A DNA stretch of 64,000 bases from Podarcis melisellensis (taxonomy: Eukaryota): the NCBI GenBank assembly GCA_964234715.1, contig OZ174289.1; one strand, 5' to 3'. A program made the position numbers and the translations under genes. Of the stretch, positions 51,111 to 64,000 are shown piece after piece (position 1 is the first letter of the stretch; every line of letters begins with the position of its first letter). The notes below the pieces were generated by a model that saw only the letters and a program-made list of their open reading frames with translations, made no database searches and was not told the origin of the DNA.

Positions 51111-52822
51111 ATTCACACTCTCTTGTCTGCACAATTTACAGTCAGCACAAATGCAGCAACAACACCATGTTCTATCTCCCAGGGTCTGCTATCCAGCCAG
51201 GGTGGTGAAGACTACTGACATTACTTTATAATTTATAAAACCTACAAATTATAAGTTTATAATTTAGCTCTTTAAGGCCATGATCAACTTTAAAAAAGAG
51301 AAAGAAACTGACATTAAAGAACACAGATTGTTTATCACAAGAGGTGCACATAATAAGGCCTATGTACACAACTGGTCTTCTTGCATGTTCTCTGCTCTCC
51401 ACCCCCCCCCCCCATGCTGCTCAACTCCCCAAACTGCACATTATGACTGGTTGTTAGAGTCAATTTTATTATGTGCTTTGTAACTTCTTCCCCACTTCCC
51501 CTCCTTATTAAACATAGGTACTCAGTATCATAGGAGCCCACAGTGCTACAACTCACAACTTGAGACAGACTAAAAAAATAGTTTATCAAGATTATTGTAG
51601 GAGGGTAGCAAGCAAGCAAACCCACCTCCATATTGTAAAGATTAATCTGGTCACCCTAGCAGGGCTCAAACCACACAAACATGGGGGAAACCTGGGAGCT
51701 GTTGTGGAGTAAGAAAAGAGGGAGGCAATGTTAATCAAACACACACACACGTGATGAAGACACAAGTTGGCCCAGAAACACACAGATCTGATCTGCACAA
51801 TTACTTTTATGTGCATACAGTATCTACCCTGGTGCATCAGTCATTTCGTGTAATGCTAGACAGTAGGTTGCAGTTGTATTGTGAATAGCATAACAGCTCT
51901 GTGGATCAGACCACAGGCCCTCTGGTCCAGCATTCTGTTCTTAGTGGCTAACCAGATGCCTATGGAAAGCCCATAAACAGGACAAATGCGGTTGATTCTC
52001 ATCAACCTGTACTCAGTTGCTTTAAAAAAAAAGAAAGCGAAAGAAACAAAGGTGCCGGTACTCACCATGAAGTTGTTACAGTTGGTATCACACTTTTAAA
52101 ATGGGGGGCGTACCCTCGAGTACCCCCAGGAAAAAAAACACCACAGGTTACCTTAACCACTTACATGCACACTTGGAAGCTTGGAATTGCCCAGTGCTAT
52201 TATTCTAGAAAAAGAGGTGCTGGAACTCACCATGAACACCTCCCTCAATCTCTTAGAATGACAATGGCGCCTACCTGAGAGGTGCTGGAACTGAGTTCCA
52301 GTGAGTTCCAGCTGAAAAAAAGGCCTGGAATTACCTAAAGTAAAAAGACAGCTGTTTCCTTTAGGCACAGCAAGATAACCTAGTTCAGAGGTAGAAAATA
52401 TATGTGGTCTTAAAATGGAACCAACTGGAGATAATAAACCTATGTTTATTCCTGCAGCCAGGACTTGAAAGGTGACTTCAGTAAAATATAAGAGGGATTA
52501 CAGATTGGTGGATGCTATTTTAGTCCATTTCAGCCAAATTTCTATTTGCTTCAAGAACAAGATGCTAGTTTGTCAGGAGCTCCACATGCCAAGAGGAACA
52601 TGGGAGAGGGAGAAAGAGCCCCATGCTGTCAACAACAGATGGGCCCCTGTCAGTGCAGCAACTCAAACCTAGGTAAAGGTAGGAAGATGCTTAGGAGCGT
52701 GCAAAAACCAACATGCTGAGCAGCATTCTGGCATGGAGCGTTAAACAGCAGTATTTCTTTGCTGAGCAGGGATGGCAGGGTGACAGGGGCATGAGAATAC
52801 CAGTTGAGTTAAAAAGTAACTA

Positions 52823-53037
52823 CAGTGGTACCTCGGGTTAAGAACTTAATTCCTCCTGGAGGTCCGTTCTTAACCTGAAACTGTTCTTAACCTGAGGTAC
52901 CACTTTAGCTAATGGGGCCTCCTGCTGCTGCTGTGCAATTTCTGTTCTCATCCTGAAGCAAAGTTCTTAACTTGAGGTACTATTTCTGGGTTAGTGGAGT
53001 CTGTAACCCGAAGCGTCTGTAACCCGAGGTACCACTG
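52823..53037. mobile_element. Tc1/mariner (Tigger-like) MITE, opposite orientation to the 47292 copy
   Basis: TA|CAGTGGTACCTCGGGTTA ... TAACCCGAGGTACCACTG|TA, perfect 18-bp TIR. Confidence 0.92.
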
Positions 53038-54671
53038 TAGTAGTTAGGGAAGGCATTACACTCATACAACTGCAGGCAATCAAGGCATGGGAGGAATTTG
53101 AAATATACTCCTTGAATGCTCTGAGTTCAAAGCTGAGGTGGGGGCGGAGAACCACTATAATTCTATCTCCATCAAAGCATTGTGTGTCTGGATTATTCCT
53201 CCCCTCCTTTTGCACTTTGTTTTTATATTTAGGCTTTTCAGAATTTTATGAGCAGCAATCAACTAATTAGGCACAGAAGAATTAAGATGGAAAATACATT
53301 TGCATCCTGCCCATACTCCAAGGAGTTATGAGTTGTGAATATGGTGTTTTCTGGAGGCATTTGGCTAGCTGCAGCAGAAAGCAGAATGGTAGACTAGATG
53401 GATTTTTGACCTAATCCAACATGCATCATCTTATGTTGTTATCTACTCACTAAGCCATCCCTCAGTGTTCTCTGGAACACATTAGGCATATGCATATCAT
53501 TACGCTACACCACGAATTTCTCTTTCAGTAGGGTTGCCAAGTTGTGAAATACTTAAAATACTTTTTAAAAAAGTAACTGTGCCAAGATGACAAACAAAAT
53601 GACCTTCTCAAGTTCTGTTTAGCACGGCTGAAATGTGTATGTAGGCCCCTCTCCCATTATTATTTTTAAAAAGGAAGTGTTTGAGGTCTAGCACTTGGAA
53701 CATGGCACTCACATTCCCTCCCTAATGTCAGTTCCACTACTGCTTAAANNNNNNNNNNNNNNNNNNNNNNNNNNNNNNNNNNNNNNNNNNNNNNNNNNNN
53801 NNNNNNNNNNNNNNNNNNNNNNNNNNNNNNNNNNNNNNNNNNNNNNNNNNNNNNNNNNNNNNNNNNNNNNNNNNNNNNNNNNNNNNNNNNNNNNNNNNNN
53901 NNNNNNNNNNNNNNNNNNNNNNNNNNNNNNNNNNNNNNNNNNNNNNNNNNNNNNNNNNNNNNNNNNNNNNNNNNNNNNNNNNNNNNNNNNNNNNNNNNNN
54001 NNNNNNNNNNNNNNNNNNNNNNNNNNNNNNNNNNNNNNNNNNNNNNNNNNNNNNNNNNNNNNNNAATCCTGTTAGGAGCCTGACGTGGAAAGTGTGCCTG
54101 ACATTTTTATCATATATGTCCATTTCCATTTGGAAAATCAGGAGAATAAAAATGATTACTTTGCCGGTCAAATCTACCTTCCCCTAAAACAGCCCAGTGA
54201 GATTTGTTTACATGCTGGGGAAACTGCTTACTAGGAATTCATAAATCTCTGGGTCGGAAGCGTTTCCCTTGATGCCTGAATTGAAGATATGACTCAAAAG
54301 ATTCCTGTTAATACTTTTCTGCCCAGCCGTCTCATTCACTATCAACACCGGAACTGACAGTCCTCCACTTTATTCCATCTCTCCTTCTGTATACAGCTCT
54401 TGGCAGATTGGGCACTATATCCCAATAACTGATTACTCTTTCCCATACCTATTGATGAAAAAAGACTTCATGACATTCATGCAGATGCAATTTTGGGCAC
54501 TGAATGTGGTAGAAGTCTCTGTGTGAAGTGCAGACCCAGTGAATGTATCCAAATTCATATTTTGTTAATTATTTACTTTTTATATATATACTGTAAACCG
54601 CCCTGTGATCCTCAGATGAAGGGTGGTATATAAATTTAATATACAAAATAATATATATTATTTGGTATCAT

Positions 54672-54673
<2 letters not shown>

Positions 54674-54720
<47 letters not shown>

Positions 54721-54721
54721 T
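54674..54721. repeat. (GATA)n/(GACA)n microsatellite
   Basis: Read directly. Confidence 0.95.
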
Positions 54722-57700
54722 AGCCTTCAAATAAAATACCACCAAAGGAGGCTTATAATGTATTTTACTGATTTAATTTAGCAAGTACAATCATCTACAG
54801 CTACCACATTTTAACGGTTGAAAGAAGTCTAGAAAGGTTTCTAGTCCATAATGTGATTTTATTTTATTTATTTTATAAATAAATTTATACTATTTATTTA
54901 TTTATTTCAAGTATTTATACTAGGGATAAGGAAGCAGTGCCTCTTCAAATGTTGCTGGTAGTTAGTCATCCAACAAAGAAAATCCCGCTCAATCTTGTCA
55001 TCAATGGCTGTTAATGACTAATCCCTTACTGTCTCCTGTTCCCTGCTTCTAACTACGGTAGGTTTTTCTTACCAGCTCCACTTTATTTATTGGAGATATT
55101 CATCTGCAGCTATTACATTTGTGTATGGTTTCATCTGTATACAGTATTCTACCCAATTTTTGTCTTCTTGTAAGTTGCCGAAGCAATTTTGTGAAAGGCA
55201 GAGTATAAAATATTTTAAATAAATGAATATACAAATCCACCCCCAATTTTTATTGCATTAAAAGGCTCCCCTGATCTGTAAGTTCCACCTCTACAATGGA
55301 TAGAGTACCCAGATTGCCTGCATCTAATTTTACTGGCCACATATGAGCAGGGGATTATTTCAGCTGAATGGCATTTGAAAAATCATTTTAAAATATATTT
55401 ATCATTAGGGCATAGTTCAAGATCCCAGCCAGAGCCTTTAAGAAGAAGAAGAAATAAACAGTTCATTAAATAGTGAGATATTTTAAAATCTTGAAACATT
55501 GCCTAAGCTCCACTTCACAGAAATATCTGCAGCTAACTGGCAGAGCCAGGACAGCTATAGCCTTCCAAGGGATTACCTCCTATACCACTTCTTGCTAGCA
55601 GAATTGTGAACTACATCATGCTAATGGTTCAAGTTAGTTACCTCTTATTCAGGGTATTTCCGCCTACAGTGAGAATTCTGCCATTAACAATGGCAGTGGT
55701 GGAAACATGCATCAATGGCCAGTTAGCAGTCCAGAGGTGGTCCAAACCAGCCACTTGGATGCTCTCTGTTCAGATACTTAGTTCCTGCTGGCCCTTTTAT
55801 TGAAAGGCCTATTATCCTGTTGCTCCCCCCCCCCCAGCTTCATATTTGCCATCCAAATGGCAGCATACGTTTCTTTGCACTTTCTACTTGCCAAATTGAT
55901 TTTTGCCTTGCAAGATGAGAGGAAAGCGAGCAAGCAAATACCCACAATGCATGAACAGATCGCACAGTAAAAACATGAAGACTTGTACTCAGGGAACCCC
56001 CACCTTTTTTTGGTTAAATGGATCCATGTCTAGTTGGTGCACTTGATATATAAGTGCTGTCAGCAACAGAGGGAAAGAACAGGGCAAGGGTGAGCTATGA
56101 AGGCTGAGTGTGCAGCATGCTTCGGAGCAGGGCAAAGATTTTACAGAATGAAAGAAAGCTGGCTGCTCACACATAGTGTAACATTTCTACACCTGTGAGA
56201 AGACAGTCCCAATTCAGTGCAGTGTTCACTGCATGACAATTCTGGCTAATATGACAGTACCGTGAACCCAACTGATTAATGTAGGAAGTGGTGGTAAAAT
56301 TGTTTTGGTTAATTAGGTGAAAGGGTTAAGACAACTGAAGGTTGGGATGCAGTGACTTGTGATTTAAGCTTGTTTAGTGGCTTTGCGCATGTTCAGAATA
56401 ATGAAAGGCTATGCTGCATGTAAACCCATTACAGCTATAAAGGGTATAAAAGATCACCAGGAAAAAGAGGGTGTCAGTTAGGATTGGATGGCTACAAAGG
56501 CCATACTTGCATTACCGGGAACATCACAAATGCAACATTCAACTGTCCACCTGACAAATGTCCAGCAAGCTTCTTTACCTTGTCTCTAAACTAGCCATCC
56601 AGGACTGTGAGGTGCATCATTACACTTCTTGTAAAGGCACTTCTAAGTGCCTTTCCTGTGCTACAAAATGAGCTACCATCTCTCCAATGCACATTTGGTA
56701 CTAGAAAAGTGCTAAGGTTCTGGACCTTAGACAGACTCAGCCCTCAGAACCTCTATTTTAAGTCATGTCAGGAATCACAGGTACTAGAACCCAGTGGCTG
56801 AGAGAGATTCTCAGGCTCCTGACTGGCTTCATCTACCGTAGCTGGCCAATGGGCACAGGAATTATGATAAAAGATGTACTGTTTGGGCTGTAACTTTGAG
56901 TAAATGTGGCTAGGTGGTGAATCTGTGGCATTCCAAATGTTGCTGAACTTCAATTTGCATAAATTCCAGCCATCTGGACTTCCCACCCCTTAACCATAGC
57001 CTTCCTGGCTCTGTCTCCCCGCTTGATTCCTCAGCCTGGATCTCCTGGCTGACAATTGTCTATAGCTCAGACCTGATTAAGTCTTAACCATTGTTATGGT
57101 GATTATGAGAGAATTCCATTTGGGTCCCCCATCTAGGCCCTGACCTACTTCAGCAAGACAGGTGCATCATGTATGTGCCTTCATACCAAACCAAGGTTAC
57201 CAATGGCTACTAGAATCAATAGCAACCCTCTGACTACTAGTTGCTGGGGATCACAAATGGCAGAATGCTATCAAGTTTCTGTCCAATTTTGGACTTCGCA
57301 TAGGCATCTGATCGGATCAGACTGCTAGGGTAGGCAGGCCTTTCGTCCGATCCATCAGCGTTCCTCACGCTCATCTCCTAATTTAAACTCCCAAGATTTG
57401 TCACAAAATGGAGGACTCTTGCCTAGCTTAAAGGTGTGCTAAACATAACCAAGTGGATAGATCCTTTAAAAGCCCTTGCAGTTTCTTCAACTTTTAATCT
57501 GGAGAGGCCAACATGGCTCACACAGCCTCTTGATTGTGATTTTAGAACCCAATTAAGTAGGAAGATTCATGGCATGTATTTATCCATCTGAGAGCTGCAG
57601 CTCTAAAACAGAAGTACCAAAAGCACCCGCAAACATCCAACCACAGCAACAGAACTACAATAAGGCATGCTGCTCCTCAGAGATGCTGTGAGTCCTGGTT

Positions 57701-58378
57701 AAATATTCTCAGTGTGAAAGTTTACAACCTTGAAATATAAAAAGAAAATGTTCACCAGTGAAACAAATCTTTCCTATGATTACAACTTTTATCAGATTTA
57801 TAGCAGAGCACTCTATTTTTCATAGAAAATATGAAATAACTTTTTTATATAGAAAATATGAACTAACTGGTATTTTTATAAATTGAGTTCCTTCCTACAG
57901 GTTTTATGTTGGCAACCTTTATGACCAGCAATAAATTATACCCAAGTTTGTCCGGTTTTACTGCCTCGTCCCCTTTCACTTTCTAAAAACAGATTTCTAG
58001 GTTCGTTTCCGGCTCCATCTCCTCTACCTGCTCTGTTCTATTTTTCTTGTTTACCTCTGACTTGCACTTAGCACTAAAATGCTTGCCTTATTGGTGCCCA
58101 GCTACAGAGAAAGGAAAGCATGCAATACTTCCTGATCAGAGCTCCTCCATCTCTCTAAGCGGATGCTACTCAAGCAGGCCTCAGAGTAGAACATTTGATA
58201 AAAATATAGGAGCTGTTAAGCAGCCCAGTTTTATCTCGTTGCCTGAAACATCTGAGGTTGCTGGTTAAAATTCTGTGCCACACTCATCTCTGCGCCATAA
58301 ACTGGCTTGCTGGCATAGTGAAAGTCGACTAAGTGGACTAAGGTTTTCCCTTTCTTTTCCTCCCTTCCCTATAATCAT

Positions 58379-58516
58379 GGGCATAACCAGGGTGGTGCAG
58401 GGCAGCTACCCCCCCCCATCAAGTAAACAAATAAATAAAAATATTTAACTAAAACTCATTTCTGCCCCACCCCCACCCCCACATATCCTGCCCTAACATA
58501 AATCCTGGCTACGCCC
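58379..58516. mobile_element. PIF/Harbinger-like MITE
   Basis: TIR GGGCATAACCAGG / CCTGGCTACGCCC (11/13), G- and C-rich subterminal tracts. Confidence 0.55.
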
Positions 58517-58573
58517 ATACCTATAATGCTGAACTTTGGGGGTTGTTCAATTAAAAAATAGAACTGACTAAAG

Positions 58574-58755
58574 CAGGGGTAGTCAACCTTTTTATACCCA
58601 CCACCCACTAATGCATCTTTCTTGATGGTAAAATTTCCTTATCGTCCACCAGTGCTCGATGGAAGGAGGATTCAGCTTGTGCCATACAACCCCTTACCGC
58701 CCACCTAGAAACCTGAAATGCCCATGGGCGGTAGGGACCAGGTTGACAACCCCTG
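58574..58755. mobile_element. hAT MITE
   Basis: Perfect 8-bp TSD GACTAAAG (58566-58573 / 58756-58763); TIR CAGGGGTAGTCAACCT / AGGTTGACAACCCCTG (15/16). Confidence 0.93.
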
Positions 58756-61464
58756 GACTAAAGAAAGGACTTCTTCACAAAATGGCCTTGATCAATTGCT
58801 CATTTCCTGGCTTGCTAAACCATAGTCTAGCAACCATGAACCTTGCAATCCCTCTTTACCTCCTTTTCCTCGGTGCTTTCATCTAGGTTTAATTAAGCTA
58901 CAATTGGCTATTACATCCAAAACATGCCGATTTTTTGGTGAAGCGAAACTTGAGAGATGCTTTTTCAGAAGACCCACAAAATTTGTGTTGGGTTTTACTA
59001 TGGGCTTGTCCACGCTTAACTTTCCTCCGCTCTTTCCCAGCACGGTCCACACTATAAAAGTCTGTATTCCAGGCATCCTTTCTTTTCTTTTCTTTTCTTT
59101 CTTTTTTTACTCTGAGCTTTCCCTGTGAAAACCTGTTCTTTAAAGCTGAATCTGAGCAAACGGCAATCTGAAGAAAATCCGAATTGCCGTTTGTTCCAAC
59201 TGAGCTTTGTAGCAAAAAGGAAAAAAGCCCTCAAACACAAAGCTTTAAAGTGTGGACCTGTGCCTAGAAAGAGTAGGGGAAAGGTAAATGTGATAAGTCA
59301 TATGTCTCATTCTTGCATCTCTTAATATAGGCTCAATGTGTGACTGCTAAGCCGGGTTTAAACCAGATCTGATCTGTCAATACTGAAATATACTAAAAAG
59401 AGAATACCTCCATGTAGCACAGCCTAATAACAAGCCCCATGGGATGTTTAACGTATCATGTTTAAGTTTAAAACATGTTGTCTATTATTATTATTCTGCT
59501 GTCTTTTACTGTTATATCATTTGCATTTTATTGTCCTGTATGCTGCTTGAGATATTTTAAATAAAACAGTAGTACAAACATTTTAAGTAGGAGCATAGAA
59601 AATTGCTTTATACCAGGTCAGACTATTTGTGATCTTAGGCCATTCATTCTCTTTCAACTTTAACTGCAATATAGGAGTAATATACAGGCCTACCTTAACT
59701 GGTTATTGTAAAGATAAGAGATGTAATGCACTTTGGAACACTCTGAAAAAACACTAAATATTATGATTGTACAATCATTTTTTAAGGGGAGGGGGTTGAC
59801 CAAAGTTAAGGTGGCAAAGGTGAGCTTAATCAGTGTTACTGATTCAGCCATTTTTTTAAAAGTAAAGGACACCTGGACGGTTAAGTCCAGTCAAATTTGA
59901 CTCACTGCTAAAATTGCAATCAATTATTTTCCAAAGGGATTCACTAGGAAGGAGTAATACTTCCACCCCTTCCCCTAAATAAAATTGCCAGAATCCATGG
60001 CTTTCCTGGCTGTTTATGCAACAGAACCCCTTCCCTAGAGGAGTTACTGACATTCTTAGTACACCTGTGTCTAACAGCACCACATAAAACTTTATATGCA
60101 TTATTATAAGAGGATGCAACCTCCATTGCTATTTTAAACAGCTTTGCAATGCATTATATAATATGGAAGCTCTTGTAAATTTCATGCTGGTTGCTGCTGT
60201 ATTTCATAATATGTTTAGATGCATCTGTGTAAACTGCCAAGTTAATTATAAGAGTTAGATTCTTGTGGTCACCTGGAACCCTTTTAATGGTAGCATTTGG
60301 ATGGCTTGGGATGGAGTGCAGGGATCAACAAGGAGCAGTAATCAGAATTTTGTACTTGGGAGTGAGAGACATGGGTTCAAGACACAGTTGGTCACAAATT
60401 ATGTGATCTTAGCCAAACTCATCCACAGATCTCCTCCACCTGTAAAATAGGTGGAGGGCCCACCACTCAAGGCAAGAAGAGATAAACATCACATGAGCAT
60501 CTAACAACCCTTGGGTCAAATTATGTCTTCTGCATGGTAATGCCTACAGTCTTCCCCATCCCGCCTACTCAAATACAAATAACAGTTGGAATGGCATTTG
60601 CTATAATATGACTTGCTGCATGCCACTCCAGAGCCTTGGCCTGCCCACGCAACTCAATTCTCAAAAGCAGGCCTCCTGAGAAACTAACATACCAGGGTTA
60701 CGAATAAGGATGTCAGAGAATCCCACCAGAAACAGAAATGTCAAAAGTCAGCAGCAGAAACCACACAAGCAAATATGAGCTGTATTTACTACTGTATTTT
60801 GTTGTTGTTGTCTGAAGACATTACAAAAACTATTGTTATTTATTGCATTGTTTTTTATGCTTCCCTTACATTTAAATGCACTCAAAATAATTACACATGT
60901 GCCAGCCATACGGATGGTGAGATAAATAGCACAGGTTTTAGAAGACGCCAAACTATAGCAGAACAGAAACAGTGCTGATTGTAACACGCTTAGGACAGGA
61001 TGTTTCCTTACATTCCCAGTTACAGAGGACACCTCTAAATATGTTTAGGAAAAAAATTGCCACTAAATATTACATATACTCTCCCTATACTTCCAAAACT
61101 GAGAGGAAAGCCCCCCCCCCAAAAAACCCCTCAAGGTTTGTATTCCATACTGATACTTTCTGTTACAATGCCTCTAATTTTAAAAAACAAAAATACTTAA
61201 AGTGGGTTTTCAAGGCCTCTACTACACACACATATAAAGGCATGCCTCAAATATGTGTTCTTTTCTTACTATTGTTATTGGGTATGGATTGGTCTATATT
61301 TAGTCCTATTTTGGGGCTTTTAAAAACGTATGCATCACCTTAAAATATTTATATGCACCCCGCTTTTCTCTAAGCAAACAACAATCATATACTGTTTACC
61401 AAACCTTTTGGTAAACTACAGATGTATCTCCTTTTTATCAAACTAGGAACATGATATATGATCT

Positions 61465-62260
61465 CAAAAACCAAAAGTGCCTTGGTAGATCTCACCAATT
61501 GTAGCACGTGCAGTGAAAAGGAAGAATTCAAATGGAAATTGGCCTGTTTATAAATCATTATTATTATTAGAAGAAAACCAGCTAAGAGTTAAAAATTTTG
61601 AAGAAATAAGAGACGAGGTGTCAGACTGGTTTCAATACTATCAATTATTTGAAATTTTTAAAAACGACAAAAAGAAAGGATTTGCGATGAAGACTTCCAG
61701 ATTTGAATCTGATTTAGTAAACTCTAAGACCAAAACCCTTTCTAAAACATACTGGCTCCTCCTTGACTGGGAAGTCAAGGAGGAAGAGGTTAAATTGGCA
61801 ATGATTAAATGGGTTAAATGGGCCCGAGACATCGGCCATAATATAGAGATGAGTCAATGGGAACATCTATGGAAAGTCAACTGGAAATTTACAGCATGTG
61901 TTACATTAAAGGAGAACTTCCAAAAGATGCTATACCGATGGTATTTAACAATTGTTGCAATTTGAATATGATAGTAGCCTTTGAGTAATCTCTGTGAACA
62001 ATCTAAATTAAAAGGGAAAGATAGGAATATATAGGTATGAATATTATATTTTATTAGTAAGATAAAGATAAGTTGAGGCAATAGGTCTATTAGAATGCGA
62101 AAGATTGGGAAAGGACGGGAAGTCAAATGAATGTGCCAAAGTGTTGCAGGAAGACTTATATTCTTTTGTTGGATTTGTGTTTCTGGAAAAAAAATGATTT
62201 ATGTAAAATAAGGAAGATTTGTTTTTAATGTATGGACAATAAAACATGAAAAAATAAAAA
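61465..62260 (+). mobile_element. L1-clade LINE 3' fragment (ORF2 C-terminal region, 3'UTR, AATAAA/A-rich tail)
   Basis: KPKVPW*ISP, then the ORF 61513-61965 with ..WARDIGHNIEMSQWEHLWKVNWKFTACVTLKENFQKMLYRWYLT, typical of non-mammalian L1 ORF2. A-rich + strand ending caataaaacatgaaaaaataaaaa. Confidence 0.85.
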
Positions 62261-63340
62261 ATTACTGAGGTAATAAATGTCTATTTTTTGGGAAGACAAG
62301 AGAGACCCCCCTTCTCTTGTCTAGAAAAGTGTTCCATGTGTGTTGTAACCTGTGTATAAACAGAACACTGACAGTAAAAGGAAGAATTTCTAACCTGTTT
62401 GGGAAAACACTCTACCTCCACTTCCAGCTTCCCCCTCCCCCTCCCCCTCCCCCAAGTGGGTACTTCAGGTGGTAAGGCATGGGGATGTCAGCTTTGATTT
62501 GAGCTAACCAAAAGAAAAATCTCGTGGATGGATAAGCTCCAGGACCTTTGAATTAAATGAAAGACCAGAACACTCCAACAGAATGCCTGCNNNNNNNNNN
62601 NNNNNNNNNNNNNNNNNNNNNNNNNNNNNNNNNNNNNNNNNNNNNNNNNNNNNNNNNNNNNNNNNNNNNNNNNNNNNNNNNNNNNNNNNNNNNNNNNNNN
62701 NNNNNNNNNNNNNNNNNNNNNNNNNNNNNNNNNNNNNNNNNNNNNNTCTCCAACTATCTGTGCCCCTAATATGCCGCTCCTTGATGGGATTTGCTGACCT
62801 TTAATCTGATGCAAGTTTACTCTCATCACTGAAGTGTAAGTCAGAGAGCAATAAAACGGCAACCTCCCCGATTCAAAGGGGAGAACTAAAGCGCCACTAA
62901 CTGGGAATCTAACCTTTTGTAATGGCTCTCCCCTTAAAGGGCGGGGGGGAGCAAAGAACAGGAAGCACCAGGCAGCTAAAAAACAAATATTTAATGCCAA
63001 CAGCAAGATTTATGACAGCCCTCTTTGCATGAGTATTACGTTAGAATTTCAGCGTCTCAAAATGAAGAGAAGTCTGAAAGGTGAAGCCAGAAAGCAAGAC
63101 AGAGTGTGCAGATAAAAAGAGAGCAGGTGGGTATACTCACAATTTCAGTAGCAGGGATAGAGGGAAATACTAACCCCTGTGACAGAATAGGAATGAACAG
63201 AGTGAACAATAGATGGTTCAAGCAAGCAAACCAAACCACATACTACTTAAAGAAGAAAACGAAACAGAAATAAATGAAAAAAACAAACAGAACCAAAACA
63301 CCAGGATTTTAATCCCTCCCCATCACAGTTTATTCTAACA

Positions 63341-63652
63341 CATAGATAGGCAAACTAAGGCCCGGGGGCCAGATCCGGCCCAATCGCCTTCTAAATCGGG
63401 CTGTGGATGGTCCGGGAATCAGTGTGTTTTTACATGAATAGAATGTGTCCTTTTATTTAAAATGCACCTCTGGGTTATTTGTGGGGCCTGCCTGGTGTTT
63501 TTACATGAGTAGAATGTATGTTTTTATTTAAAATGCATCTCTGGGTTATTTGTGGGGCATAGGAATTCCTTCATTTCCCCCCCAAAAATATAGTCTTGTC
63601 TCCCACAAGGTCTGAGCACCGGCCCCCTGTTGAAAAAGTTTGCTGACCCCTG
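63341..63652. mobile_element. hAT MITE (Charlie/OposCharlie1-like) with an internal tandem duplication
   Basis: Ends CATAGATAGGCAAACT ... AGTTTGCTGACCCCTG, GGCCC subterminal motifs, approximate TSD TCTAAC(A). About 64 bp duplicated at 63424-63487 / 63496-63558. Confidence 0.8.
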
Positions 63653-64000
63653 CGTCTAACAAATGGTAGTAGTTAGGATGGGCTGAAAGATAATGGGATT
63701 TGAATTTGAATTTCCCATGTAAAAATGCAATCCACTCTCCTCCTTCAGGTTAGAGTTTTGAGAAGCACACACAGAACAATACCATGACCACAATCAGAAA
63801 AGTCGTTATCCTTGTAAAGTTGTGTCTTTGCCCCTAGACAACCCCAAATCCACACACTGGCTTCATACAGCTCCAGGTTTTCAAGAATAGTGATCAAGAA
63901 AAACAGTAAAAGTCTATAATCATGATAAAAGTCTTTAATTTTATCAGGACAAGTTATTTGTTGTTTACTGTTGTAACAATTCTTTTCTCAAAATGTATCC

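Noticed and set aside
53695-54171. ORFs spanning N runs (also 2656, 35219, 62488)
   Set aside because: Artefacts of assembly gaps.

Overview
Vertebrate genomic DNA, most likely a squamate and probably a lacertid lizard, judging by the Sauria-type SINE and the CR1/L1/RTE and hAT/Tc1-mariner repeat landscape. The whole window lies inside the TALE-homeobox gene PBX3 on the minus strand. Six coding exons were mapped by eye with GT-AG junctions and consistent phases: 42666-42907 (242 nt), 30659-30849 (191), 28202-28337 (136), 13610-13775 (166), 9513-9625 (113) and 7797-7886 (90). These correspond to exons 3-8 in the usual numbering. I did not find exons 1-2 or the last exon/3'UTR in the window. 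The rest is intron: many transposon relics, several blocks that look like conserved enhancers, microsatellites and four assembly gaps. Nearly all ORFs in the track are spurious. Most interesting: (1) two inverted copies of a non-coding RTE-like retroposon flank exon 3, and together their 5' ends reconstruct an HDV-like (CPEB3-type) self-cleaving ribozyme fold with an unusual hairpin inserted in L3; one copy is in sense with the PBX3 pre-mRNA. (2) A perfect PBX-MEIS/PREP decamer (TGATTGACAG) sits inside PBX3 itself. (3) There are two candidate poison exons. (4) The dual-coding PBX3b frame in exon 8 is preserved. All family names come from pattern recognition, not from database searches.
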